Source: an uncultured Actinomycetota bacterium (GTDB lineage: Bacteria; Actinomycetota; Actinomycetes; Mycobacteriales; Pseudonocardiaceae). Taken from it: a DNA stretch of 64,000 nt. The stretch spans positions 833,244-897,243 of the forward strand of contig CAWBRG010000010.1 in NCBI GenBank assembly GCA_963791185.1, in the 5' to 3' direction. Under the pieces are notes generated by a model. That model searched no databases, was not told the origin of the DNA, and saw only the letters and a program-made list of their open reading frames with translations. Below, in pieces: positions 1 to 9,843 of this stretch; the stretch's first letter is position 1; each line of letters begins with the position of its first letter. The translations under genes were made by a program, and so were the position numbers.

Positions 1-534
<534 letters not shown>

Positions 535-915
535 CTACTTGGTGACCTCCGGCGGGAGCATGTCGCCGATGAACTCGGCGGCCTCCTCGAGGTTGCCGAA
601 CATGACGGTCCGGTCGTCCATGTGGATCATCTTGCCGTAGTGCGTCGACATGTTCTCCTCGAACTCGGCGGAGTCGTAGAAGCCGGGCTCCTCGCCGAGC
701 GCCTCGGAGATGTCGTCGTAGACGAAGTCCATCCGGCCGACGCAGTCGACGCGGATCATCGACGGCAGGTGCGTCACCGTGACGTTGTCCTGGCGGTCCA
801 TGACCTCGGCCACAACGACCCCGACCTGGTTGTTCATCAACGTCACGCCTGCCTTGCCGGACGCGGTGTTGTCGGCCTTGTAGGGGCTCTCGGCGGTCTT
901 GAAGGTCCTGGTCAC
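535..915 (-). CDS. prmD: SDIMO coupling/effector protein (MmoB/DmpM family)
   Basis: 126 aa with GVTLMNNQVG, PSMIRVD and FEENMSTHYG motifs. The GTG start overlaps the prmC TGA. Confidence 0.93.
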   Translation of the reverse strand: MTRTFKTAESPYKADNTASGKAGVTLMNNQVGVVVAEVMDRQDNVTVTHLPSMIRVDCVGRMDFVYDDISEALGEEPGFYDSAEFEENMSTHYGKMIHMDDRTVMFGNLEEAAEFIGDMLPPEVTK

Positions 916-2102
916 TTGGTCAGCTCCTCAGGGGTGTTGAGTCCGAGGTCGGACACGATTCCGGCGAAGCGGCTCTTGGCCCGGTCGAGGGAGTCCTCGA
1001 AGCGCGGCGGCTTGTTGTCGGGCTGGCTCCACATGGGCTGCATGACGCCGCGCCGCCTCCAGACACTGCGGCACCCACTTCGACAGCCACTCCTGCATCA
1101 GCTGCTTGTTGTGGTCGGCGAACTCCTTGTCGGCCACGAGCGGGCCGAAGCACGCCTGGCGTCCAGCGCAGGTCGCGCTGTGAGTAGTCGTACTCGGCGG
1201 CGCCGACGATGGTCGGGCGTGACGTAGTCGCCGTTGGCCGCGGCGGCCTGCATCACGAGGTTGCTGCGGAACAACTCGCCGAGCAGCGGCTCGAACACGA
1301 TGTTGGTGGCGAAGATGGATTCGCCCCAGTCGTCGTCGATCGCGGTCAGCGCCTCGGTGACCTTGCGGGCGCCCTGCCACTCGGCGTCGTTGTTCCACGC
1401 GTCGATGTGGGCCGCGCCGTCGAAGCCCTCGATCTCCTCGGAGAGGGTGAGGTTGTAGAGCGCGAGGTCCTGCGCGAACCGGATCTTGTGCTCGCTGTTG
1501 ATCACCATGGCGGTGTTGTGCATGTTCGTCGGGCCGGAGCGGTTGCACGCGGCGAACACGTAGAGGCCGAGGATGTGCTCGATGTGCATCCACGCGCCGA
1601 CGTTGCGCTCGACGAAGTGCACCCAGTTCTTGGTCCACTGCTCGAACGCCTTGGCCGTGCGGGCGTTCTCGATGTTCTGGTTCACCTGCCGGACAACGTT
1701 GGCGTTGTACCGGTACATGGTGAGTTCCCACTCCTCGTTGGGGTCGCGGAACTCGTGCCAACCGTGGGCGGGCCAGTCTTCGACGTGCTGGCTGCCGGTA
1801 CCGACGCCGTTCTGGGGTTCGGGCTTGTCGACACCCCAGGCCTTGAGCTTCGTCCAGGTGAGCGGGTAGCCCCGGGAGCCGTCGGCGAAGCCGTAGATCC
1901 AACCCTGGGACAGGTAGTGGCGCGGGTCGGGCTGGACGTCGACGGTGACGTCCTCGTAGTGGGTCTGCTTGCGCTTGGCGGGCTTGAAGTAGTTGTAGCG
2001 ACGGGCGGCGGCGCTGGAGTCGGGGAACTCGCGAGCACCCGCCTCCGCGTCGGTGAACTGGGGTTTCGGGACGCTGCGCTCTGGGCGTTCGGTGGTGGTC
2101 AT
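912..2102 (-). CDS. prmC: Propane monooxygenase hydroxylase small (beta) subunit, with three apparent +1 frameshifts near 1216, 1158 and 1050
   Basis: ORF 1098-2102 has HYEDVTVDVQPDP and WHEFRDPNEEWE. The C-terminus continues in other frames (QACFGPLVADKEFADHNKQLMQEW; MQPMWSQPDNKPPRFEDSLDRAK) to TGA at 912. Confidence 0.88.
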
Positions 2103-3157
2103 CAGTCCTCTCCCTGTTCACCAGTGGTGGTGAACTTGTCGTAGAAGATGTTCTGCTCGGGCACGCCGAGGGCCGTGAGAACCGGGATCGCCGCGTCAAC
2201 CATCGGCGGCGGCCCGCACACGTACGCGTCCCTCCCCGACAGGTCCGGCTCACACCGCTTCAACACCTCGGTGATGAGTCCGACCTCGCCTGCCCATTCG
2301 TCGTCCGCGGCGGGCTCGGAGAGCGCCGGGACGTACCGGAAGCCGGGGATCTTGCTCTCCAGCTCCCGGAGCTCTTCTTCGAAGCAGAGGTCCCGCTGCC
2401 CTCGGGCCCCGTAGTAAAAGACCGCCTCACGGTCCACGCCGCGCTCCGCCATCGACCGGAGCAGACCGAGAACCGGGGCCATCCCCGCACCGCCGCCGAG
2501 GAAGACGATCGGCGAGTTGTGGCTTTCCCGCAGCGTGAAGGTGCCGAAGGGGCCCTCCACGTCCAGACGGTCACCGACGGCCAGCTTGTCGGCCAGATGC
2601 TCGGAGAACAGACCGTCCGGATACACCTTGATCACGAACTCGAACCGGCCTTCGCGCCCCGGTGTGTTCGCCATCGAGAACGACCGCGACTCCTCGGTGC
2701 CGGGCACCACGAGGTCGAGGTACTGGCCGGGGAAGAACTTGATCCCTTCCTCCGGCTCGATGAGCTTGAGCACCAGGTGCCGCATGTCGTGGGTGACGGG
2801 GTCGTTGGCGACGACCTCGGCCACCCCCTTCTTCAGCGGCAGACCGTTGCGGATGATCTCCTCGTCGTACTGGAGGAGCTCGATCACCAGGTCCGCGTAG
2901 GCGTGCGCCCGACACAGGAGCGTCTGGCCCTCCTCCTTCTCGTAGTCCGGCAGGGCGAACGTCGAGTAGCGCTCGAGGTCGATGTCGTCCATGTCGCCCT
3001 CGAGGACGAACGACTTGCACGCCGCGCACTGACCTTCCTTGCAGCCGTGCATGAGCTGCACGCCCTGCTCGGCTGCCGCGCGCAAGATCGTCTGGTCCTC
3101 GTCGACCTCGATCTCGATGCCGACCGGTTCGAACCGGACGATGTGCTTTTCGCCCAT
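2102..3157 (-). CDS. prmB: Propane monooxygenase reductase (2Fe-2S / FAD / NADH)
   Basis: Ferredoxin motif CKEGQCAAC...LLC, RSFSMAN FAD motif, GGAGMAP and YVCGPPPMV NAD-binding motifs. Confidence 0.95.
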   Translation of the reverse strand: MGEKHIVRFEPVGIEIEVDEDQTILRAAAEQGVQLMHGCKEGQCAACKSFVLEGDMDDIDLERYSTFALPDYEKEEGQTLLCRAHAYADLVIELLQYDEEIIRNGLPLKKGVAEVVANDPVTHDMRHLVLKLIEPEEGIKFFPGQYLDLVVPGTEESRSFSMANTPGREGRFEFVIKVYPDGLFSEHLADKLAVGDRLDVEGPFGTFTLRESHNSPIVFLGGGAGMAPVLGLLRSMAERGVDREAVFYYGARGQRDLCFEEELRELESKIPGFRYVPALSEPAADDEWAGEVGLITEVLKRCEPDLSGRDAYVCGPPPMVDAAIPVLTALGVPEQNIFYDKFTTTGEQGED

Positions 3158-3194
3158 TGCTGCCTTTCTCGAAGGAGGAGAGTGGGTCCTGGCA

Positions 3195-3231
3195 GGGGGA
3201 GGGCCGGCGGTGGCTCCGCCGGCCCTCCCCC
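3195..3231 (-). terminator. Perfect 16-bp stem-loop between prmA and prmB
   Basis: GGGGGAGGGCCGGCGG-tggct-CCGCCGGCCCTCCCCC. Confidence 0.7.
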
Positions 3232-3247
3232 CTCACCTGACCCGCGC

Positions 3248-4900
3248 TCAGGCGTCCGTCGGTGCCGGTCGACCGGCCGGGCCCTGCTTCCTGTAGTCCT
3301 CGATGAACGCGGCGCGGCCGGCGTCGTCCATCTCGTTGAACAGGACGTTCGGGCTGCCCAGCGGCGGGCAACGGCGCATGTGGTCCAGCGTCCACATCTT
3401 CTTGGGGTCGAGATCCAGATGCGGCTGCGCCGTCATGGTGTTGCCGTCGTCGCGGACGAAGCCCATGTCGGAGACCACGTCGGCCCAGTTCCAGCCGTGG
3501 TACAGCGTCTCCCACTCGCGGTGGCCGACCAGGCGGCCCATGTTCGGGGTCTCGCGACCCTGGTAGGTACCGCGGAAGGCCTCGACGTCGGTCCAGCGGC
3601 ACACCTCGTGGCAGTAGGTGCGGTGCACGCCGTCGACCTCGGCGGTGACGATGTCCTCACGGACCAGACACGGGACCATGCAGGTCCAGCAGCGGTTCGG
3701 GTACACGTAGTCGACGTCTTCGAAGACGATCGGGTTGTGGCCGTTGGGCACGGCGAGGCGGTTGTAGTTCTCCCACCACTTGCCGTACTTGTCGTACCAG
3801 CCCGGGTACTTGTACTCGAACCACTCGAAGTCCTCGTCGGTCATGCCGTCGATGCGCCAGTAGTTGGCGAGCCAACCGGTGGCGAAGAACTGCGCGACCT
3901 CGTGGACGTAGCCCTTCTCCCAGATCTGCTTCCACGACTCTTCGATCAAGTCGTGCGGGATGACCAGGCCGTACTTCTCCAGCGGGATGAGGTAGGCACG
4001 GTAGTAGTCGTCGTAGATCCAACGACGCCACATCTCCGCGTAGGACTCGCGGTCCTTGCGGCGGTCCTTCGTGCCGTACTCGATGAACGTGCCGATGGCG
4101 GCGTCCACCACGCGGTGGTTGTTCCACCACGCGTAGCGCAGGTCGCGCTCGAGCAGCTGGCGGTTGTCCTCGTCCGACAGCGCCATGAGCAGGGTGGCGT
4201 AGCCGTTGGAGATGTGCCGCGACTCGTCGGACTGCACCGAGTGGAACACCGTGGGCAGCAGGTAGTCGCCGTTGGCCGCAGCTTCGGCGGGCATGGCCAC
4301 GAACAGGGTGTTCGTGAACGCCGTCTCGGCGACGATCGTCAGGTAGATGCTGGCCGCGGTGATCGCGTCACCGGTGATGAAGCCCTCGGCGAACTGACGG
4401 CCGATGGTGCCGCAGTAGTCGCTGTGGAAGTTGCGCAGGCTGTTGTTGAAGCCCGCCGGGTCGATGTAGTTGTTCATGTAGAGGCGCTTCAGGTTCTGCT
4501 GGATCGTCGAGTGGCGAACCTCGTCGATCATCTGAATCGCCTGGCCGTTGTGCAGCTCCGGGTTCGGAACCACGTGGAACAGCATGGGCATCGAGCGCGC
4601 CGCCGAGATCTCGGGCAGCGGGATGATGGACAGGAACAGCTTCTGCCACTCCAGCCAACGCTCCTGGACCTGGCGGAACATGTTGCCGCGGATCGCGCCG
4701 TCGGATGCGCCGTAGACGCGGTGGTCCTTCTCCTCCTGCATGGGGAAGTAGGACCGGAGGACCTGCTTGAGCGGGTCCTTCTTGGCGGCCTTGCGGAACG
4801 TGTAGTCGGTTCCGTACTTCATGTACGGCTCGTGGTACTGCGGCTCCCAGGAAAGCTCCTGGATCTTCTGATGAGCCTTGGCCAAACTCTGCCGACTCAC
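3248..4900 (-). CDS. prmA: Propane/acetone monooxygenase hydroxylase large (alpha) subunit
   Basis: 550 aa, N-terminus MSRQSLAKAHQKIQELSWEP, two di-iron DExRH motifs (DEVRH, DESRH). GAGGAG RBS. Confidence 0.96.
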   Translation of the reverse strand: MSRQSLAKAHQKIQELSWEPQYHEPYMKYGTDYTFRKAAKKDPLKQVLRSYFPMQEEKDHRVYGASDGAIRGNMFRQVQERWLEWQKLFLSIIPLPEISAARSMPMLFHVVPNPELHNGQAIQMIDEVRHSTIQQNLKRLYMNNYIDPAGFNNSLRNFHSDYCGTIGRQFAEGFITGDAITAASIYLTIVAETAFTNTLFVAMPAEAAANGDYLLPTVFHSVQSDESRHISNGYATLLMALSDEDNRQLLERDLRYAWWNNHRVVDAAIGTFIEYGTKDRRKDRESYAEMWRRWIYDDYYRAYLIPLEKYGLVIPHDLIEESWKQIWEKGYVHEVAQFFATGWLANYWRIDGMTDEDFEWFEYKYPGWYDKYGKWWENYNRLAVPNGHNPIVFEDVDYVYPNRCWTCMVPCLVREDIVTAEVDGVHRTYCHEVCRWTDVEAFRGTYQGRETPNMGRLVGHREWETLYHGWNWADVVSDMGFVRDDGNTMTAQPHLDLDPKKMWTLDHMRRCPPLGSPNVLFNEMDDAGRAAFIEDYRKQGPAGRPAPTDA

Positions 4901-5120
4901 TTCATCTCCTCACCTGTGGGTGGATCGGGGCGGTCGACGCGACGCGGGTGCGTCTTCCGACCCCGAGGTCTGCCCCCGTCCGCTGGTGCCGGTGCTTCAG
5001 CGCGGGTGGCGCCGGCAGCGAAGGAGACCCGAGTCCGTCGTCCCGGCACCGATGCGCGGGTCGACCCCGAGGCGATGGGCTCGTGCTGGGAATCACACCG
5101 CCATGCCACAGGCGGGGAGG

Positions 5121-5133
5121 TCTCAATATGAGA
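5121..5133. promoter_or_regulatory. Palindromic candidate activator-binding site
   Basis: TCTCA-ATA-TGAGA perfect inverted repeat, AT-rich, between the divergent prmA and regulator genes. Confidence 0.55.
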
Positions 5134-5229
5134 AAGTCCGCGTTTGGCACCGAGGCGCACCCGTTTGCGCAGCGCACTGCCCTGCGTCGCCCTGAGGCGG
5201 TACCGTCCTTGTGACGCGGCTCCGCACCG

Positions 5230-7074
5230 ATGCGGCGCCGTCGATACGCCGAGGAGGGCAACAGCTTGGGCCGAATGTCCGACATGCCTTCCGTCGAGAG
5301 TCCGCCGGAAGGTGCACTCGTCCGTGCGCGTACGTCGTTCCTCGTGGACGACCGGGTCGACGACGGGTCCGTTCGCGACATCATCCTGGCCTCGTGGACC
5401 CGCTCCCGCGAGTGGAACATCGACGTCGACGGGGCGGAGCTCTCGGCGTTCGACACCGAGTCGGATTCACTGCTCGTGCGGGCGGCCCGGCCGGTGCTGG
5501 ATTCGGTCACCGACGAGCTCGCGGGCGAGCCCGTGAGCGTCATCCTCACCGACGCCGAGGGGGTCGTGCTCGAGCGGCGCACGGGCGACTCGTCGCTGTC
5601 GCAGGCGTTGGACCGGATCTGGTTGGCCCCCGGCTTCAGCTACTCGGAGAAGTTCGTCGGCACCAACGGCATCGGCACCGCTCTGGAGGGCCGCGGCCCG
5701 GCCGAGGTCTTCGGGCACGAGCACTACGTCGAGCCGCTCGCCCAGTTCGCCTGCGCAGGCGCCCCCGTTTGGCACCCGGTCAGCGGCAAGCTGCTCGGCG
5801 TCATCGACCTCACCTGTTGGCGCCAGGACGCCGGACGCTTCATGTCCACGGCGGTGGCCCGCATCGCGCGGCAGATCGAGACCGCGCTCATGGACCAGTC
5901 GGGGCCCCGCGAGCTGGCGCTGCTGCACGACTACCTCACCGCCTGTCGACGCAGCAACATGGCGGTGTTCGCGGTGAGCCCCGACCTCGTCATGAGCAAC
6001 GACCGGGCGCGCGAGCTGATCGACCCCGCCGACCAGGCCAGGCTCATCACCGGCGCCATCGAGGCGATGAACTCCGAGCGCCGGGTGCTGCTGCTCGACC
6101 TGCCCTCGGGGGTCGTCGCGCGCGTGCAGGTGCGGCCGAGCTGGGTCGACCGGGGCGCCGCGGGCGGGGTGCTGCAGGTGCAGCTGGCCGCGCCCGAGGT
6201 GCCGAAGCCACGGGCCGTCAGCCCGGCGCCGGTCACCGCGCTCCCGGCCGCGGTCGGCAGTGGCCTGCTGTGGGCGAAGTGCTGCCAGGCCGTCGACCGG
6301 CACTTCCACAGCCGCGAGTGGCTCGTGCTGCAGGGCGAGGCGGGCACCGGCAAGACCACGATCGCGCGCGCCACCCACCAGCTCCGCACCCCGGCGGCGC
6401 ACCTGCGGATCCTGAACGCCGAGGACTACGGGCCCGGCTGGGTCGCCGACGTCGCCGAGGAGCTCGCCACCGGCTGCGGCACCCTCGTGCTCACCCACCT
6501 CGACCAGCTCTCCGACCAGGCTCGCCAGGAGCTCGTCGACGCCTTGGAGCCCTACCGCGAGTCCACCGAGCACGATCGGGCCTGGCTGGTCGCCACGGTG
6601 GGCCCGGGAGGCCTCGGTCGCCCCGACGACCCCGTCGACCTGCTGGAGTTCTTCCCGCGCACGGTCGTGGTGCCGCCGCTGCGCCACCACGTCGAGGACG
6701 TGGCCGAGCTGGTGCCGCACTTCATCGCGCGGCTCACCCGCGGCGCCGAGCTGTCCTGCTCGCCCGAGGCCATGCGGCTGCTCATGCGCAACCGGTGGCC
6801 CGGCAACATCGAGCAGCTCTACCAGGTGCTGCGCAAGACGGTCGCGCGCCGCCGCGCCGGCGTGCTCGCCCCGGACGACCTGCCGCCCGAGGTGCGGGCG
6901 ATCACCCGCCGGGTGCTCACGCCGCTGGAAGCGATCGAGTGCGACGCGATCGTCGACGCGCTGCTGGACAACAACGGCAACAAGGCCGAGGCAGCGCGCC
7001 ACCTGGGCATGTCCCGCGCCACGATCTACCGCAAGATCCGCGGCTACGGCATCTCCACGCCCACTACGGGCTAG
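5230..7074 (+). CDS. GAF domain / degenerate sigma54-activator AAA / Fis-HTH transcriptional activator (AcoR/MimR-like); real start may be ATG 5275
   Basis: GTNGIGTAL GAF motif, Walker A GEAGTGKT, WPGNIEQL, and C-terminal GNKAEAARHLGMSRATIYRKI HTH. Confidence 0.9.
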   Translation: MRRRRYAEEGNSLGRMSDMPSVESPPEGALVRARTSFLVDDRVDDGSVRDIILASWTRSREWNIDVDGAELSAFDTESDSLLVRAARPVLDSVTDELAGEPVSVILTDAEGVVLERRTGDSSLSQALDRIWLAPGFSYSEKFVGTNGIGTALEGRGPAEVFGHEHYVEPLAQFACAGAPVWHPVSGKLLGVIDLTCWRQDAGRFMSTAVARIARQIETALMDQSGPRELALLHDYLTACRRSNMAVFAVSPDLVMSNDRARELIDPADQARLITGAIEAMNSERRVLLLDLPSGVVARVQVRPSWVDRGAAGGVLQVQLAAPEVPKPRAVSPAPVTALPAAVGSGLLWAKCCQAVDRHFHSREWLVLQGEAGTGKTTIARATHQLRTPAAHLRILNAEDYGPGWVADVAEELATGCGTLVLTHLDQLSDQARQELVDALEPYRESTEHDRAWLVATVGPGGLGRPDDPVDLLEFFPRTVVVPPLRHHVEDVAELVPHFIARLTRGAELSCSPEAMRLLMRNRWPGNIEQLYQVLRKTVARRRAGVLAPDDLPPEVRAITRRVLTPLEAIECDAIVDALLDNNGNKAEAARHLGMSRATIYRKIRGYGISTPTTG

Positions 7075-8844
7075 CGGCCACGTCCCGGCGAAGCACCTGC
7101 ATCACCTCGTCGGGCCGCCCGACGAGGTAGGCCTCGTCGCCCGCGGCGAGGCCGGTGTCCCTGCGCAACTGGTGCTCGAGGTGGCCGTCGGCGCGGTGCA
7201 GCGCGACGACCCGGACCTGCCCCGCCAGTTCCCACAACGTCAGGCCGTCCAACCCGCCGCCCGCGGTGACCGACAGCCGTCCGACGAGGAAGAGGGTCTG
7301 GTCGACGTAGAACGTGCCGAGCACGCCCAGCCCGAGCGCGGCGCCGACGAACCACGGGGCGGCCAGCGCCGCCGTCGACCGCACGTAGTGGAACCCGAAG
7401 CCCGCCTCGACGCCCCGCGCCAGCTCGCGGTCGAACACCCGCAACACCACCGGCACTGACGGCAGCCGGGCGCCCAGCCGCTCGCGCAGCACCAGGCCGA
7501 TCTCGACGTTGACGAGGTCGTCGCTGGTCAGCACGGCCACCGACGGTGGCGCCCGCGAGGTTGGCCGCGTCGAGGACGTCGATCTCGGTGGCGTCGCCCA
7601 CCACGACGGGCACGCCGAGCGCCCGCGCCTTGGCGTAGTGGCGCCCCACCTCGGCCCGGTCGATCACGACCACCCGCCGTCCCGCCGCGACGAGCTCCTC
7701 GACGACCTCGATCCCCACCGTGCCCAGGCCGACCACCACGACGTGGCCGCGCATCGCACCCACCCGCCGCTGGCCGAACGAACGCTCGATGCGCCTGCTG
7801 ACCAGCAGCTGGGTGACCATCGCGAAGACGATGGCGGCGAGGACGGCGCCGCCCGCCATGAGGCCGATCGCGTAGACGCGCAGCCAGGTCGGCTGGGCGG
7901 CGAAGTTGAAGTCGCCGTAGCCGACGGTCGCGATCGTCTCCACCGTGAAGTACGCGGCGTCGACGAGCGTCATGTGCGTCCCGTCCGGCTTGACGTAGCC
8001 CAGCCAGCAGCACGAGGACCGACACGACGGCCACCACGCCGAGCAGGATGACGGCGACCCGCAGCGGCCGGTCGGCCTCGGCCACGAGCGAGCGCAGCAG
8101 CGCCCACATGCCCGCCCGGCCCGTCTCGGCCCGTTGGGCGGGCACCCGGGCGCCGACCGGGCCTTGCGGTCGGAGGTGCTCCACCACCTCGGCGACCCCT
8201 TGGTGGGCGAACTGGGCGAGGGTGCCGACGGCCGTCACCCGGTCGCCGGGGCGCACGGGCACGTCGCGGCTGGGGCACACGACGGGCGGCGCCTCGCCCG
8301 CCGCGATGACCAGGGGCGCGAGCTCGCCGTACAGCTCGCGAACGGTGGCCGCGCCGTCGACGACGAGGTCGGCTACGAGGAACTCGCGGCCTGCGACCGT
8401 CAGCTCGTGGACCCGTCGGCCGAGGCAGATCTCGACGACGGAGGGGGCGGCCAACGCGGCGACGTCCAGCACGCAGCCTTCGCCCACCACCTCGGCCAGC
8501 GCGTGCCCGACCTGGGGGTTGGCCATGCGGACGACCAGCCGCACCTCCGGGCGGAGCCTGCGCACGAGCAGGGCGGCCTCCAGTGCGGCGAGGTCGTCGG
8601 CGGCGAGGCAGACGACGGCCGCGGCTTCCGGCAGCCGGGCCTCGGCCAGCGCCTCGCGCAGCCTGCCGCGCACCAGCCGCACGTCCCACTGCTCGAGCAG
8701 CCGTTCGGCCACGGCGCCCGCCTCGGCGACGGCGTCGACCACCACCACGTCGGCGCCCGCGGCGAGCAGTTGTTCGATCGTGCGCAGCGCGGTGTCGTCC
8801 ACACCGCACACCACGACGTGGCCGGGCTTCTGCACGACTCCCAC
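7064..8844 (-). CDS. Potassium channel with TrkA-N (RCK) domains; two frameshifts near 7995 and 7545
   Basis: N-terminal RCK (HVVVCG), pore DAAYFTVETIATVGYGD, second RCK (GHVVVVGLGTVG), spread over three overlapping frames. Confidence 0.8.
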
Positions 8845-8868
8845 CTGCGGGAGGTTAGAGCCCGGGCG

Positions 8869-9806
8869 TCAGCTGGTGCGCCGGTGCGACCGCCACTCGG
8901 TGAAGCCCGCCGCGGCCGCCTCCTCGGGGGTGCGGAACCACACCTCCGCGCGGGTGCGCTCGTAGTAGGGGCTCTCGGGGGTGTGGAACAACATCGAGTC
9001 GGCGTTGCCCTTGATCGTGAACTCGGGGCCGGGGGCGGCGCCGCCGGGTCCCGGGAGGGCGCCCGCGCCGACGCCGTCCGTCGGGGCCGGGGTGAAGAGC
9101 GCGTGCGGCGGGGCGGGGGTGCCCGCGGAGGTGGGGCCGAAGCCCGCGGCGCCGACGCCCGCGGGCGGCGTCGCCGTCTGCCGCGCGTCGCCCGGCCCGG
9201 GTCGGGGGCGGGGCCGTGGCTGCGGCCGGGGGGAGGTGTCCACCGCGATCCCGTGGGGCGGGGTGGCGTCGTCGACCGCCACTCCGGGGTCCGCGGCCGG
9301 CGTGCTCGGCGCCGCTTCCGGCCGCACGGGCGGGGCCGCTTCCTTCGGCGCCACAGGCTCGGCCGTCGACTCCGCCGGCGCTTTCCTCGGCACGCCCACC
9401 CGTTTGCCCTGTGCCCCGGCGTTCGGCGGGGGCGCGGACGCTCGGCGGGTAGCGGGCTTGGCGCTCGTCGGCTGCTCAGGCCGGGGCGCGGCGGGTTCGA
9501 CGGACACGGGGACCGGCGGCTCGTCGAGCTTCGGCGCGACGGGCGCGGGACCGGCGGCTCGTCGAGCTTCGGCGCGACGGGCGCGGCGCTCGTCGGCCGC
9601 TCGGCGGCGGGCGACGGGGCGGGAGAGACGACCGGGCGGCTCGAGGCGGGCGCGGGGGTCGGGCGCGGGGGTGGCGGGGCGAACTCCGGCACGGGCGCGG
9701 CCGAACGGGCGGCCGAACGCGAACGGACGTACCAGGTCACCGCCCCCACCAGCAGCGCGAGCAGGAACCAACGACGCCGACGTCGCGGCGGCCTCTCCTT
9801 CGCCAT
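8869..9806 (-). CDS. Membrane-anchored Pro/Ala-rich protein with a C-terminal IKGN...YY...AEVWF ('sunset'-like) domain; one frameshift in an internal duplication
   Basis: ATG 9806 [28 protein letters not shown]-terminus [38 protein letters not shown] in ORF 8869-9771. Confidence 0.7.
9509..9586. repeat. Tandem duplication with 38-bp period
   Basis: GACCGGCGGCTCGTCGAGCTTCGGCGCGACGGGCGCGG at 9511 and 9549. Confidence 0.85.
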
Positions 9807-9843
9807 GGGCCGAGGGTAGGCGCCCACGTCGCCAAACGTCCGC

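Noticed and set aside
912-1220. Programmed frameshifting in prmC
   Set aside because: Three separate +1 indels with no slippery heptamer, matching the window-wide error pattern.
2519-5131. Long antisense ORFs (also 18687-21503, 29627-33313, 48470-51376, 56406-59687)
   Set aside because: Shadow frames of real opposite-strand genes with no recognisable motifs.
5144-5160. TGGCAC as a sigma54 -24/-12 promoter
   Set aside because: No TTGC at the required spacing, it points away from prmA, and the activator lacks GAFTGA.
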